DNA from: Nitrospirota bacterium
GTDB taxonomy: Bacteria; Nitrospirota; Thermodesulfovibrionia; Thermodesulfovibrionales; Dissulfurispiraceae
DNA: 64,000 bases
NCBI GenBank assembly: GCA_963790025.1
Contig: CAWBMP010000004.1
Span: 416,001 to 480,000, forward strand
Reading direction: 5' to 3'
The stretch's first letter is position 1; each line of letters opens with the position of its first letter. The notes below the pieces were generated by a model. The model was given only the letters and a program-made list of their open reading frames with translations, made no database searches and was not told where the DNA came from. Position numbers and translations under genes: made by a program. Of this stretch, positions 1 through 9,625 are shown piece by piece.

Positions 1-273
1 CGATTCTACGATCATAGCTTTTAAAGGGGACCAGTTGCGGCTGATCATCGCTCCTGCTCCGGTCTCAAGCGCGTTCTGAAAAAAATCGTGGCCGTCGAAG
101 CGGTCGCCTTTCAAAGCTAAAAACAATTCACCAGGCCTGATAGTCCTCGAATCTATCGAGATATCCTGGAACAGGATATCCTCTGCAAGATCCGCCGCCG
201 TCCGGGGCCCTGCCGCATCACCCGTGATTATGGACCCCCCGGTTGCGGCAAGTATGTGCTTGGCGCTCAGCAT
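1..273 (-). CDS. murF: UDP-N-acetylmuramoyl-tripeptide--D-alanyl-D-alanine ligase, N-terminal part (runs off the window)
   Basis: Manual translation from ATG at 273 gives MLSAKHILAATGG...ISIDSRTIRPGELFLALKGDRFDGHDF, the Mur ligase N-terminal motif; lies directly after murE in dcw order. Confidence 0.9.
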   Translation of the reverse strand, partial: MLSAKHILAATGGSIITGDAAGPRTAADLAEDILFQDISIDSRTIRPGELFLALKGDRFDGHDFFQNALETGAGAMISRNWSPLKAMIVES

Positions 274-327
274 TAATCAAAACCTGCACGGCTAATAATA
301 TGAAAACTGCAAATCATATTTCTTCCG

Positions 328-1989
328 TCAGCAGGCACATTCTTTATTATTTTGATGAGGAGTATATATGCCGGCAAAAGTACTCCCTCCGCCAAACGCA
401 GGCCTGTTGATGGTCCGCCTGATAGCATCTTCAAGGGCGTTCTTATCGCTGAAATTATGACGTATGCCCTGAATTTCCTGATATTCTTCATGGCCTTTGC
501 CGGCTACCAGCACTATATCTCCCGACGAAGCCAGTTCTACAGCCATGCTGATGGCAACGTTCCTGTCCGGAATCACAATATAGTTATCGCCTTTTATACC
601 TCTTTCTATATCTTTTATGATGGCCTTGGGGTCCTCGTTCCTGGGATTGTCCGAGGTGACAATGACAAAATCGCTCAGCCTGGAGGCGATTTCTCCCATT
701 TTTGAGCGTTTTCCTTTGTCCCTGTTTCCTCCGCAGCCCAGAACAGTAATGATCTTCCCGTTTTCCTGCGGCCCGGGTTCCCGAGTCTCGGAAATGCCAA
801 ACCTCCGCCTCCTTTGTTTCATGCTTTTTTCCATTTTCTCGCAAAAACGGTATGCCTTCAGTAATTGACGGGCCGTCAGCAAGAGTCGCTCAAGGGCATC
901 TTCGGTATGTGCATAATCCACTACTGCGAGAAAGTCCTGTCCCAGATCAACCTTCTCAAACCTCCCTTTAACCAATGCAGCCATGGCAATTCCCTCCTGT
1001 ATGATTTTAATAGGTATATTTAGAGATAAAGCCGCGCACAAGGCGGCAAGAATATTATATGCATTTGTTTGACCTACCAATAGAGAGATGATTTCCGTCA
1101 CCCTCCCCTCTAAAAGTGTTTTGAATGAAGTTCCCTCAAATGATGCCTTCATTTCATAGGCTGTAACATCCGCCTCTTTATTATCGAGTCCGCAGGTGAC
1201 AACCTTGATTCCAGGTCTCCGGCTCCTTAATATATCTGCAAGCTGTATTCCATAAGCATCATCTATATTGATGACCGCAGTTCCGTCCTCAGCCAGCAGT
1301 TCGGTGAACAGACGCTCTTTTGCCTTGAAATATTCCTCCATAGTCGCGTGATAATCAAGATGGTCTCTTGTAAGATTCATAAACACCGCGACCCTGAAGC
1401 GCGTATAATCCACCCTTTTTTGGGCAAGGGCATGCGACGAAACCTCCGTAACAACATATTCGCATGCGCTCTCCCTCATCTCTCTGAGAAGGGACTGGAA
1501 GTCGGGGGCCTCTGGTGTGGTGTGGGGGGCCTCATAGATGAGGTCCTTGATCAAATAACTTATAGTCCCTATAAGTCCGACCTCTTTTCCCCACCGCTCC
1601 AGTATGGACTTGAGCAAATATGAAGTAGTTGTTTTGCCGTTAGTGCCTGTGATGCCGACGACAACCAGTTCACCGGAGGGACTGCCGTAAAAGCTATCAG
1701 CGACACGCGCAAGGGCATCCCTGGCATCGGCAACTCGTATCCAGGCAACTTCAGGATATTTTCTTTCCAGGGCTTTTTCATCACACTCACACATAACTGC
1801 AACTGCACCCCTTGTAATAGCATCCTCTATGAAATTCCTTCCGTCGAATTTTTCGCCCTTCAATGCAACAAACAGTTCTCCTCCCTTGACCATCCTGGAA
1901 TCGTATACAACGCCCGAAATGTATTTTTCGGAATCTCCTGTTATCTCAAAAGTATGGTTGATTACATCACTTATTTTTGTTTTTCTCAT
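328..1989 (-). CDS. murE: UDP-N-acetylmuramoyl-L-alanyl-D-glutamate--2,6-diaminopimelate ligase
   Basis: GITGTNGKTT P-loop, HTTP, EVSSH, DYAHT, DNPR (mDAP-type) and AGKGHE motifs. Confidence 0.97.
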   Translation of the reverse strand: MRKTKISDVINHTFEITGDSEKYISGVVYDSRMVKGGELFVALKGEKFDGRNFIEDAITRGAVAVMCECDEKALERKYPEVAWIRVADARDALARVADSFYGSPSGELVVVGITGTNGKTTTSYLLKSILERWGKEVGLIGTISYLIKDLIYEAPHTTPEAPDFQSLLREMRESACEYVVTEVSSHALAQKRVDYTRFRVAVFMNLTRDHLDYHATMEEYFKAKERLFTELLAEDGTAVINIDDAYGIQLADILRSRRPGIKVVTCGLDNKEADVTAYEMKASFEGTSFKTLLEGRVTEIISLLVGQTNAYNILAALCAALSLNIPIKIIQEGIAMAALVKGRFEKVDLGQDFLAVVDYAHTEDALERLLLTARQLLKAYRFCEKMEKSMKQRRRRFGISETREPGPQENGKIITVLGCGGNRDKGKRSKMGEIASRLSDFVIVTSDNPRNEDPKAIIKDIERGIKGDNYIVIPDRNVAISMAVELASSGDIVLVAGKGHEEYQEIQGIRHNFSDKNALEDAIRRTINRPAFGGGSTFAGIYTPHQNNKECAC

Positions 1990-2051
1990 CTTATGACTAC
2001 CTTTGCCTTTAATTTACCTATTGTCTGTTACCCATTGCCTATAGTCTGCCA

Positions 2052-3758
2052 TCATTTTTTTTCATTTTCTGTGACAACCAGAAGTCTTTTCTCCCGCGAG
2101 TCATCTCTCGGCACACTTAAATATGAGAGAGCTTCATTTGCGATCCTTTTAAAGACGGGGCCTGCTACCACTCCGCCGTAAATGGCGCCCTTCGGCTCAT
2201 GAATTACCACGATCATTGCGATCCTCGGGCCGTCAGCCGGTACAAACCCGACAAAAGAACTGATGTATTTATCTTTCGAATATTTTTTGGTTGTGGGATC
2301 TATCAGTTGTGCGGTACCGGTCTTTCCGGCTACCTGATTACCATCAATTGCCGCGTCCGTTGCTGTTCCGCCTTCCTCTGTGACGCCTTTCAAAATGTTT
2401 TTAAAAGTCGTCATCGTACGTTCCGAAAAAATTCTTGGAGCTTCATAGGAGGCCTTATAAAAGACCGTCCCGGCTGGAGACCTGATTTCCGAGACAACAT
2501 GCGGCCTGACAAAGAATCCTCCGTTGGCAATTACTGAATATGCCCGCAATACCTGCATGGGCGTCACGGCGACCTCCTGCCCGATAGATATGGCCCCTAT
2601 AGACATCCCTGACCACCGGTTGGGCGGTCTTATCCTTCCCGCAACCTCCCCGCCCAGATCGAATCCGGTCTTTTCGCCAAAGCCGAATTTCTTGATATAG
2701 CTGTAAATCTTGTCCCTGCCCAGGTTCAATCCAGTCTTGATGGTCCCGACATTAGACGACTTCTGAATAACCTCTTTGAACGTAAGAACACCATGCCTTT
2801 CCGCATCCTTTATCTTTCTGCCTCCGACCTCTATATAGCCGGCACTACAGTCAATTCGTGTATCAGGGCTTACAATCCCCTCTTCAAGAGCGGCAGTACC
2901 TACAATTACCTTAAATGTGGAGCCCGGCTCATAACAGTCCGTGACGGCCCTGTTTCTCCTTTGTGCTGCTGTGACGCCTGCAGGATTGTTCAAGTCGAAG
3001 GTCGGCCTGCTGGCCATTGCAAGTACTTCACCGGTATACGGGTCCATCATTATCACGGTTGCCGAGGCGGCCCTCCATCGCTCTACAGCCTCGTCAAGAT
3101 GCTTTTCTACTATATATTGCAACCCCTCATCGATGGTAAGTGTTATGTTGTTGCCTTTAATTTCTCTGCTGATCCCATCAGAAAGCGCGTTACCCCTGGC
3201 ATCCCTGAGGACCAATATCCGTTCACTCACTGCGGACAGAGACTTGTCATAAGCCTTCTCGACGCCTTCAAGGCCGTTGTTGTCGATTCCGACAAACCCG
3301 ATAATATGCGAGGCAAGGCTTCCTTTGGGATAAAATCTCTTGATGTCGGGAACAAAACCGATACCTTTTATTTTCAAGGCCCTTATGCGACGCGTCTCCT
3401 CGATGTTTGCTTTTCTTTCGATCCAGTTAAACCTGGTGTTTGCCGACAGGCTGGTAAGAATAATATCCGGTTTCTTATTGATTGTCTGAGACAGGACAGC
3501 GGCAATCCGGCCGGGCGACCCTATTTCCGAGGGATCACAATATATCGATTCCGTATCGAGATTGATCGCAAGCTCTCTGCCTTTCCTGTCCAGAATAATA
3601 CCCCGTTTAACCGGTATGATCTCTTTTTTAATCTGCTGACCTCTTGCCTTGTCAAGATACCACTGGTGATTTAAGAGCATAATATCGGCGAGACGGCCAA
3701 TTACTGCAAGGAAGCCGAATGCTATAACAGCGCTCACAATAACGGCCCTTTTCTTCAT
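2052..3758 (-). CDS. ftsI: Division-specific class B penicillin-binding protein (PBP3)
   Basis: N-terminal TM, RGxIxDR, EPGSTFK (SxxK), SSN, GKTGTAQ; dcw position. Confidence 0.93.
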   Translation of the reverse strand: MKKRAVIVSAVIAFGFLAVIGRLADIMLLNHQWYLDKARGQQIKKEIIPVKRGIILDRKGRELAINLDTESIYCDPSEIGSPGRIAAVLSQTINKKPDIILTSLSANTRFNWIERKANIEETRRIRALKIKGIGFVPDIKRFYPKGSLASHIIGFVGIDNNGLEGVEKAYDKSLSAVSERILVLRDARGNALSDGISREIKGNNITLTIDEGLQYIVEKHLDEAVERWRAASATVIMMDPYTGEVLAMASRPTFDLNNPAGVTAAQRRNRAVTDCYEPGSTFKVIVGTAALEEGIVSPDTRIDCSAGYIEVGGRKIKDAERHGVLTFKEVIQKSSNVGTIKTGLNLGRDKIYSYIKKFGFGEKTGFDLGGEVAGRIRPPNRWSGMSIGAISIGQEVAVTPMQVLRAYSVIANGGFFVRPHVVSEIRSPAGTVFYKASYEAPRIFSERTMTTFKNILKGVTEEGGTATDAAIDGNQVAGKTGTAQLIDPTTKKYSKDKYISSFVGFVPADGPRIAMIVVIHEPKGAIYGGVVAGPVFKRIANEALSYLSVPRDDSREKRLLVVTENEKK

Positions 3759-3803
3759 AGTCCCACGCCATCGCTCCCTAAAAGTTTATGAGTGGACATA
3801 TAC

Positions 3804-4139
3804 TCATTCACTTTTTGTCGTCAGGGAAGCCCTGTAGCTGTCTCGCTCTCCGGATGTCTTCACATAAACCACCCTGACCCTGTCGGGAAATCCAAAACAG
3901 GTCCCGTTCGAGGCGACATTCTGGATCTTCCCGATATTAAGAATATTTGCCTGTTCTGCGGTAAGGACCATCGTCTCCCTAACAAGTTCCGATCTCTTCC
4001 GTTCGAGGTCGCTCAGCGAATACTCAAGCGATACTACGCTCGACCGGAGCCAAACCACTCCGAAAATAAGGAAGAGCAGCAGCAGCAGGGAAACAGGTTT
4101 CAGTGCCGTTATAAACCGGTTCTTTTTTCTTAGTCTCAT
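3804..4139 (-). CDS. ftsL: Cell division protein FtsL-like
   Basis: 111 aa, one TM followed by a coiled coil; between rsmH and ftsI. Confidence 0.7.
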   Translation of the reverse strand: MRLRKKNRFITALKPVSLLLLLFLIFGVVWLRSSVVSLEYSLSDLERKRSELVRETMVLTAEQANILNIGKIQNVASNGTCFGFPDRVRVVYVKTSGERDSYRASLTTKSE

Positions 4140-5005
4140 ATTTTCTCTGCCCCTCTTAGTTTTGCACTCCTAGAAGAAGGATTGCCTTGAACTTCATCAA
4201 ATGAGGGCGTGACCGGTTTTTTGGTCAAAACCCTCACAAGTCCGGCATGGGCGTTATCCCTTAAAAAATTTTTTACAATCCTGTCCTCCAGGGAGTGATA
4301 TGAGATTACCGCCATCCTGCCGCCCGGTTTCAGGGCGGAGAGTGCTGCGGCAAGGCCCAGTTTAAGTTCATCCAGTTCCCTGTTGACCTCTATCCTCAAC
4401 GCCTGGAAAGTCAGCGTGGCAGGATGCATTTTCCCTCTCTTCCCGTAAATACCTGCAATAAAGTCCGCAAGCGCACTGCAGGTCTCAAAGGGACTTTTTT
4501 TCCGCTGTGCAACCAGCGCCTTTGCTATCTTCACTGCACAGGGTTCCTCTCCGTATTCTTTCAGTATCCTCCGCAGGTCCTTTTCCGTGTACCTGTTGAC
4601 CACATCCCAGGCCGAAAGTCGCTGAGAGGCATCCATCCTCATATCGAGTCTTTCGGTAGATGCAAAACTGAAACCGCGGGAGTAATCCTTCAACTGAAGC
4701 ATGGAGACGCCGAGATCGAAGAGCACCCCTTCGGCCTCTTTTATATTCAGGTTCGCGAGTATGTCCTTCATTTCAGAAAAACTTCCCTTGCAAAGGTGTG
4801 CGCGGCTGTTGCCGATCAGTTCGCGGGAGCGCTGCAGCGCGTCGTCGTCCCGGTCTATTCCGACAAGGACGCCACGTGCTCCGATTCTTGAAAGTATTTC
4901 GGCCGCATGACCGCCAAGGCCCACAGTGGCGTCTACGTAGATACCGTTTTCCCTGACATCAAGTATCTCCATAATTTCCCTCGTCAAAACTGGAATGTGG
5001 ATCAT
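4136..5005 (-). CDS. rsmH: 16S rRNA m4C1402 methyltransferase
   Basis: HIPVL, DATVGLGGH, DLGVS, FQALRIEVN, ISYHSLEDR, SRSAKLR. Confidence 0.97.
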   Translation of the reverse strand: MIHIPVLTREIMEILDVRENGIYVDATVGLGGHAAEILSRIGARGVLVGIDRDDDALQRSRELIGNSRAHLCKGSFSEMKDILANLNIKEAEGVLFDLGVSMLQLKDYSRGFSFASTERLDMRMDASQRLSAWDVVNRYTEKDLRRILKEYGEEPCAVKIAKALVAQRKKSPFETCSALADFIAGIYGKRGKMHPATLTFQALRIEVNRELDELKLGLAAALSALKPGGRMAVISYHSLEDRIVKNFLRDNAHAGLVRVLTKKPVTPSFDEVQGNPSSRSAKLRGAEKI

Positions 5006-5017
5006 TCCATACAGACA

Positions 5018-5473
5018 CTACAAGCCGTAACCGGCAAGCACTGTTTCAAATGTTTTTGCGTCGACCTTCGAAGGATCGGTCACCGCGTTCCATTCACCCT
5101 TGTCCCATATCTCGATCTTGTCCAGTTGTCCCACAATCACCACCTCGCCGCTTATGCCGGCATCCTCTCTGTGGGGAACAGGAATGAGCACTCTGCCCTG
5201 CTTGTCAATCTCACACTCCTGAACGGAAGCAATGACCCTTCTCAGAAAGTATTTCACTGCCTCCTCCATCTTGGGCAATGTCCGTATTTTCTCCTCCATC
5301 CTGTTCCATTCTTCGAGCGGATATATGTGAAGACACTTGTCAAAAGCGGCATTGGTGATATATAGTTTTGAATTATTATATTTTTTAAAAATAATGTCAC
5401 GGAGAGGCGCCGGGATGATAATTCTCCCTTTTGGGTCTAATGCATAATAATATTTCCCCAAAAACGACGACAT
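5018..5473 (-). CDS. mraZ: Division/cell wall cluster transcriptional repressor MraZ
   Basis: Two DxKGR/DKQGR SpoVT-AbrB repeats; start set at ATG 5473 (MSSFLGKY). Confidence 0.95.
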   Translation of the reverse strand: MSSFLGKYYYALDPKGRIIIPAPLRDIIFKKYNNSKLYITNAAFDKCLHIYPLEEWNRMEEKIRTLPKMEEAVKYFLRRVIASVQECEIDKQGRVLIPVPHREDAGISGEVVIVGQLDKIEIWDKGEWNAVTDPSKVDAKTFETVLAGYGL

Positions 5474-5485
5474 CGATATTTTCCT

Positions 5486-5509
5486 CCACTTTCTACCACA
5501 ATTTACCAC
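5486..5509 (-). promoter_or_regulatory. MraZ binding repeats: 3 x GTGG at 10-bp period
   Basis: CCAC on the + strand at 5486, 5496 and 5506, just downstream of the -10 box; matches the known MraZ operator architecture. Confidence 0.8.
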
Positions 5510-5511
5510 TA

Positions 5512-5540
5512 ATAATATGTATTATTATCGTATTTGTCAA
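5512..5540 (-). promoter_or_regulatory. sigma70 promoter of the dcw operon
   Basis: TTGACA (5540-5535), 17-bp spacer, TATTAT (5517-5512). Confidence 0.8.
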
Positions 5541-5598
5541 GAGAAAAAATAGTTTTTTTCAACAAATGCTATATTATGTGGCCTTGTTATATCTCAAA

Positions 5599-5614
5599 CC
5601 ACTACATATAGTGC
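5599..5614. promoter_or_regulatory. NrdR-box-like palindrome
   Basis: CCACTACATATAGTGC against consensus acaCwAtATaTwGtgt; weaker copy at 5566-5581. Confidence 0.45.
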
Positions 5615-5634
5615 ATTGGATTGAGTAAAAAGAA

Positions 5635-6768
5635 ATGTTTTCAAAGAAATTGAAAGCCCTTGAAGAGGAAGGACTGCTGCGGCATATTAAAGACCCGGAC
5701 GGCAGAACAATGCCGTACATGACTATCGAGGGGCACGTCTATATCAATTTTGCGTCCAACGACTATCTGGGCCTTGCAGACGCCGCTCCACTCAGGGATG
5801 CTGCCACACATGCGATCGCCGAATTCGGGTTCGGCGCAGGCGCGTCACGGCTCCTGTCCGGCGGCACAAAACTCCACACTGCGCTCGAAAAGGCAATAGC
5901 CGCATTCAAGGAAACGGAGGCCGCGTTGGTCTTCAATTCGGGCTACACAGCCAATATCAGCACTGTGCCCTCTATTGCCGGCGAAGGCGATATAATTTTC
6001 AGCGACGAGTTTAATCACGCAAGCCTTATCGACGCGTGCAGGCTGAGCAGGGCGCAAAAGGCAATCTACAGGCACCGGGATAAGGCCCATTTAAAAGAAC
6101 TGATGCAGGGAGCAAAAGCCAACAGAAAAATAGTCGTTACCGATACCGTATTCAGCATGGACGGTGACATCGCTCCCTTAGTGGAGATTGCCGGGCTTTG
6201 TAAGGACCATGGTGCGCTGCTGTATCTGGATGACGCCCACGGTACGGGAGTCCTGGGGAACGGCCGGGGCGCACTGGCACATTTTTGCATATCACCCGAG
6301 CCCTGGATAATCCAGATGGGGACGTTTTCCAAGGCATTAGGTTCTTATGGCGCGTTTATTGCCGCTGACACAAGCACAATCGAGTGGCTCGTCAATACAG
6401 CAAGGGGATTGATCTATTCTACGGCACTCCCCTCCTGCATTATTGCTGCCTCGCTGGAGGCGCTGCAGCTCATCCAGTCTGAAAAATCTCTGGTCAGCAA
6501 GCTTTGGCAAAACAGAGAGACGCTCTTCAAAGGCATTCGGGCCCTGGGATTAGACACCATGTCCAGTGAGACACCCATAATCCCGATACTGGCAGGGGAC
6601 GTGAAAAAGACAATGGATATTTCCGGTGCGCTGCTTAGACGCCTTGTTTATTGCCCTGCAATAAGACCGCCGACAGTAACTAAGCCGCGCATAAGGGTGA
6701 CCGTGACGGCTGCACACAGTGAAGAGGACATCGATACGCTGCTCAAAGCGCTGGAAGAGATTATTTAA
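5635..6768 (+). CDS. bioF: 8-amino-7-oxononanoate synthase
   Basis: NFASNDYLGL, GAGASRL, NHASLID, DDAHG, GTFSKALG, AIRPPTV. Confidence 0.92.
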   Translation: MFSKKLKALEEEGLLRHIKDPDGRTMPYMTIEGHVYINFASNDYLGLADAAPLRDAATHAIAEFGFGAGASRLLSGGTKLHTALEKAIAAFKETEAALVFNSGYTANISTVPSIAGEGDIIFSDEFNHASLIDACRLSRAQKAIYRHRDKAHLKELMQGAKANRKIVVTDTVFSMDGDIAPLVEIAGLCKDHGALLYLDDAHGTGVLGNGRGALAHFCISPEPWIIQMGTFSKALGSYGAFIAADTSTIEWLVNTARGLIYSTALPSCIIAASLEALQLIQSEKSLVSKLWQNRETLFKGIRALGLDTMSSETPIIPILAGDVKKTMDISGALLRRLVYCPAIRPPTVTKPRIRVTVTAAHSEEDIDTLLKALEEII

Positions 6769-6773
6769 GGGGA

Positions 6774-8477
6774 TTATATCTCTTTTGTCTTTGGAAGTGT
6801 AAAGTAAAATGTGGCGCCCTGTTCCACAGCCCCTTCGGCCCAGGTCCTTCCGCCATGGCGGGAAATAATGCGCCGGACATTCGCAAGACCTATGCCCGTG
6901 CCTTCAAATTCGTCCTGCGCATGGAGACGCTGGAATACGCCGAAGAGTCTATCTGCCTGTTTCATGTCAAACCCTGCGCCGTTGTCCTTGACGAAAAAGA
7001 TAAATTCGTCTCCCTCTTCTTTATACCCGAACCTGATTTCAGCCCTGGAACAGGTGCTTGTATACTTGACCGCATTTGAAATGAGATTTACGAGCACCAG
7101 TTTCAACATAGATTGGTCACCGTAAACATCCGGCAGTTCGTCGATTTCCCATTTAATGTCCCGACCCTTTACTTCATCCTGAATTTCACGGAGAGTGTTT
7201 TTTAAGAGGGTATTGAAATTTACTTTCCTGTTTTGCATCTCCGCACGTCCCATGTGCGAGAAGGAGAGCAGATCATCTACAAGCATTTCCATCTTTTTTG
7301 AAGCCTGAACTATTGCAACCATATAGTCATGATTTTTTTTATCAGGGTCGTCAAACAGTCTTTTCTGCAGCAGTTTGACAAAGCCGGACATATGCCGCAA
7401 GGGCGCCCGAAGGTCGTGGGAAACCGAATAGCTGAAGGCCTCAAGCTCTTTGTTTGCAGCTTCCAGCTTATCGTTTGTCTCTTTTAATTGAGCGGTCCGT
7501 TTGTCAACCCTTGCTTCCAGCTCCTCAGCGAACTTCTGCAGTGAATAAATCAAAACCGATCGCTTATAGGCAAAATAACCGCCTGTCAAAAGCATTATTG
7601 ATGCAAACACAAAAAGCCCAAAGTTGACCCTTTTTAGTGGTCCGAAGACCTCCTTTTCCGGCCTCTCTACCACGACTCCCCATCCGTATCCTTCAATGCA
7701 GCGGTATGCGGTAAGCACGCGCTCTCCATCCGGCTTTGCAAATATTCCAGCCCCTGTCTGTCCTTTCCTGACTCTCTGCACAGCGGGAAAATCGGAGGTA
7801 TCAATTGCTCTGTCTATCATGTATTTGGAATGGTATAAAAGATTTCCATTCTTATCGACCACATAAGTTATCTGATTTTGCTGGACAGGTAAACTTGCCA
7901 GTATGTTTTTAAGATAATTCACTTCCGGCTGTAATACAAGAACCCCTATAATGCTTTTATCATCAGCCCTTAAAGGTACGGCAATGGCAAAAAGATACCT
8001 CTGCGGCTTAGCAGTTCGCAGATAACCCCCGGAGACATAAGGAAGCCATTTTTTAGAAACCCCTTTATACCAGTCTCTCTGAGAGACATCCATATTGAGA
8101 ACGGAAGGATCAGATGGATAATCGGCAAGCACTTTCCCCCTGGGATTTGTTATATATGCTCTGTCCACGGCAATCGAATTATCAATGAAATCCTTCAGGT
8201 GCCTTATCAACTCTTCTCTGTCAGTCCCTTTTATCGCACTCCTTAGGCGCGGTCTTGAAGCAAGGAGATTGCCTAAGCGTATTTCATCACCTAAAGCGTC
8301 CTTTATACGTTCTGAGACAATAATAGCGGACTGTTGGTCCTCTTTTATAACGTCGTTTTTAATATAGCCGGCAGTCTGAAGGCGAACAAACAAGGTAAGT
8401 CCGATGATAGGGACTGCGGTAATAATCAGTCCCGATATGATCACCCGCCATTTTTTATCAGATAACCACCGCTTCAT
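6774..8477 (-). CDS. Membrane sensor histidine kinase with Cache-type periplasmic domain
   Basis: Two TMs, RDWY Cache motif, H-box SVSHDLRAPL, NAVKY, DNGAG, GTGIGL. Confidence 0.9.
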   Translation of the reverse strand: MKRWLSDKKWRVIISGLIITAVPIIGLTLFVRLQTAGYIKNDVIKEDQQSAIIVSERIKDALGDEIRLGNLLASRPRLRSAIKGTDREELIRHLKDFIDNSIAVDRAYITNPRGKVLADYPSDPSVLNMDVSQRDWYKGVSKKWLPYVSGGYLRTAKPQRYLFAIAVPLRADDKSIIGVLVLQPEVNYLKNILASLPVQQNQITYVVDKNGNLLYHSKYMIDRAIDTSDFPAVQRVRKGQTGAGIFAKPDGERVLTAYRCIEGYGWGVVVERPEKEVFGPLKRVNFGLFVFASIMLLTGGYFAYKRSVLIYSLQKFAEELEARVDKRTAQLKETNDKLEAANKELEAFSYSVSHDLRAPLRHMSGFVKLLQKRLFDDPDKKNHDYMVAIVQASKKMEMLVDDLLSFSHMGRAEMQNRKVNFNTLLKNTLREIQDEVKGRDIKWEIDELPDVYGDQSMLKLVLVNLISNAVKYTSTCSRAEIRFGYKEEGDEFIFFVKDNGAGFDMKQADRLFGVFQRLHAQDEFEGTGIGLANVRRIISRHGGRTWAEGAVEQGATFYFTLPKTKEI

Positions 8478-8601
8478 TAAATCTCCTTAGAAACATATCT
8501 ATTATTACTACGATTAAAACTACAACATAAATATGATTTATGCAACATGCCGCCCGGTGCCCATTTGCGAAATGGGGGCGTTTCTGTTATATTGTCTCTC
8601 T

Positions 8602-9606
8602 ATGACGCGCTCAACGGGATATATTTTAGTTGTAGGCGCAGGCTGTTGGGGAACCACCCTCGCTGCCCTGTTGGCCGAAAAGGGCTTCGATGTTCTGCTT
8701 TGGGCCCACGAGAAAAAGGTAATCGAACAGATCAACAATGACAAGACCAATGCAATCTACCTCCCCGATATACAATTGCCGTTCAGCCTTAGGGCTACCA
8801 ATAATCTTATCGAGGCTGTAGCTTCTGCCCGCTATATTATTAATGCTGTTCCTACCCAGCATATCCGTTCAGTTTTCCAATCTCTTAAAATGCATCTGAG
8901 CGGTGAGTCCACTATTATAAGCGTGTCCAAAGGGATTGAAATCGGGACGCTTCTGACCCCTTCCATGGTACTGAAAGAGCTCTTAGGCAGACCTGTCTCG
9001 GTACTTTCCGGGCCGAGCTTCGCAAAGGAAGTCATAGACAGGAAGCCCACCGCAGTGACTCTGGCGACCGAAGAAAAGAAAAACGGACTCCTCCTGCAGG
9101 AACTTTTTAATACGGACTATTTCAGGGTATACACCCATAACGATATCATCGGTGTTGAATTCGGGGGTGCCCTGAAAAATGTAGTCGCCATAGCCGCGGG
9201 AATCTGCGACGGCTTGGGGCTCGGACATAATGCAAGGGCTGCCCTTATTACGAGGGGCCTGTCCGAGATAGCGCGGCTGGGGACCCGCATGAACGCCCAA
9301 AAAGTGACATTTTCCGGGCTGAGTGGTCTGGGTGACTTAGTACTTACCTGCACCGGTCCCCTTTCGCGGAATTACACCGTAGGCCGCAAACTCGGACAGG
9401 GAATGAAACTGGCGGACATAACCGGACAGACAGAGCAAATTGCCGAGGGAGTAGCTACAACTCTGTCGGCCTATCAGCTCTCAAAAAAATACGACATAGA
9501 TATGCCTATCACCGGTCAGGTTTATCTGACGCTTTATGAAAACAAACCTCCTTCTGAGGCAGTGAAGGAGCTTATGAACCGCTCCCTTAAAATGGAGTTC
9601 CAATAA
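8602..9606 (+). CDS. gpsA: NAD(P)H-dependent glycerol-3-phosphate dehydrogenase
   Basis: GAGCWGT Rossmann motif, SKGIE, SGPSFA, GALKNV, GDLVLTC, SRN; start set at ATG 8602. Confidence 0.95.
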   Translation: MTRSTGYILVVGAGCWGTTLAALLAEKGFDVLLWAHEKKVIEQINNDKTNAIYLPDIQLPFSLRATNNLIEAVASARYIINAVPTQHIRSVFQSLKMHLSGESTIISVSKGIEIGTLLTPSMVLKELLGRPVSVLSGPSFAKEVIDRKPTAVTLATEEKKNGLLLQELFNTDYFRVYTHNDIIGVEFGGALKNVVAIAAGICDGLGLGHNARAALITRGLSEIARLGTRMNAQKVTFSGLSGLGDLVLTCTGPLSRNYTVGRKLGQGMKLADITGQTEQIAEGVATTLSAYQLSKKYDIDMPITGQVYLTLYENKPPSEAVKELMNRSLKMEFQ

Positions 9607-9625
9607 GGAAGAGGGACAGGGTTCC

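Noticed and set aside
2793..3674. Long antisense ORFs (this one and, for example, 10735-11478, 41756-42526, 62310-62984)
   Set aside because: Shadow frames of well-supported genes, with no recognisable motifs
5533..5566. BirA operator upstream of bioF
   Set aside because: The left half TGTCAAG is explained by the mraZ -35 box, and the right half matches GTTGACA poorly
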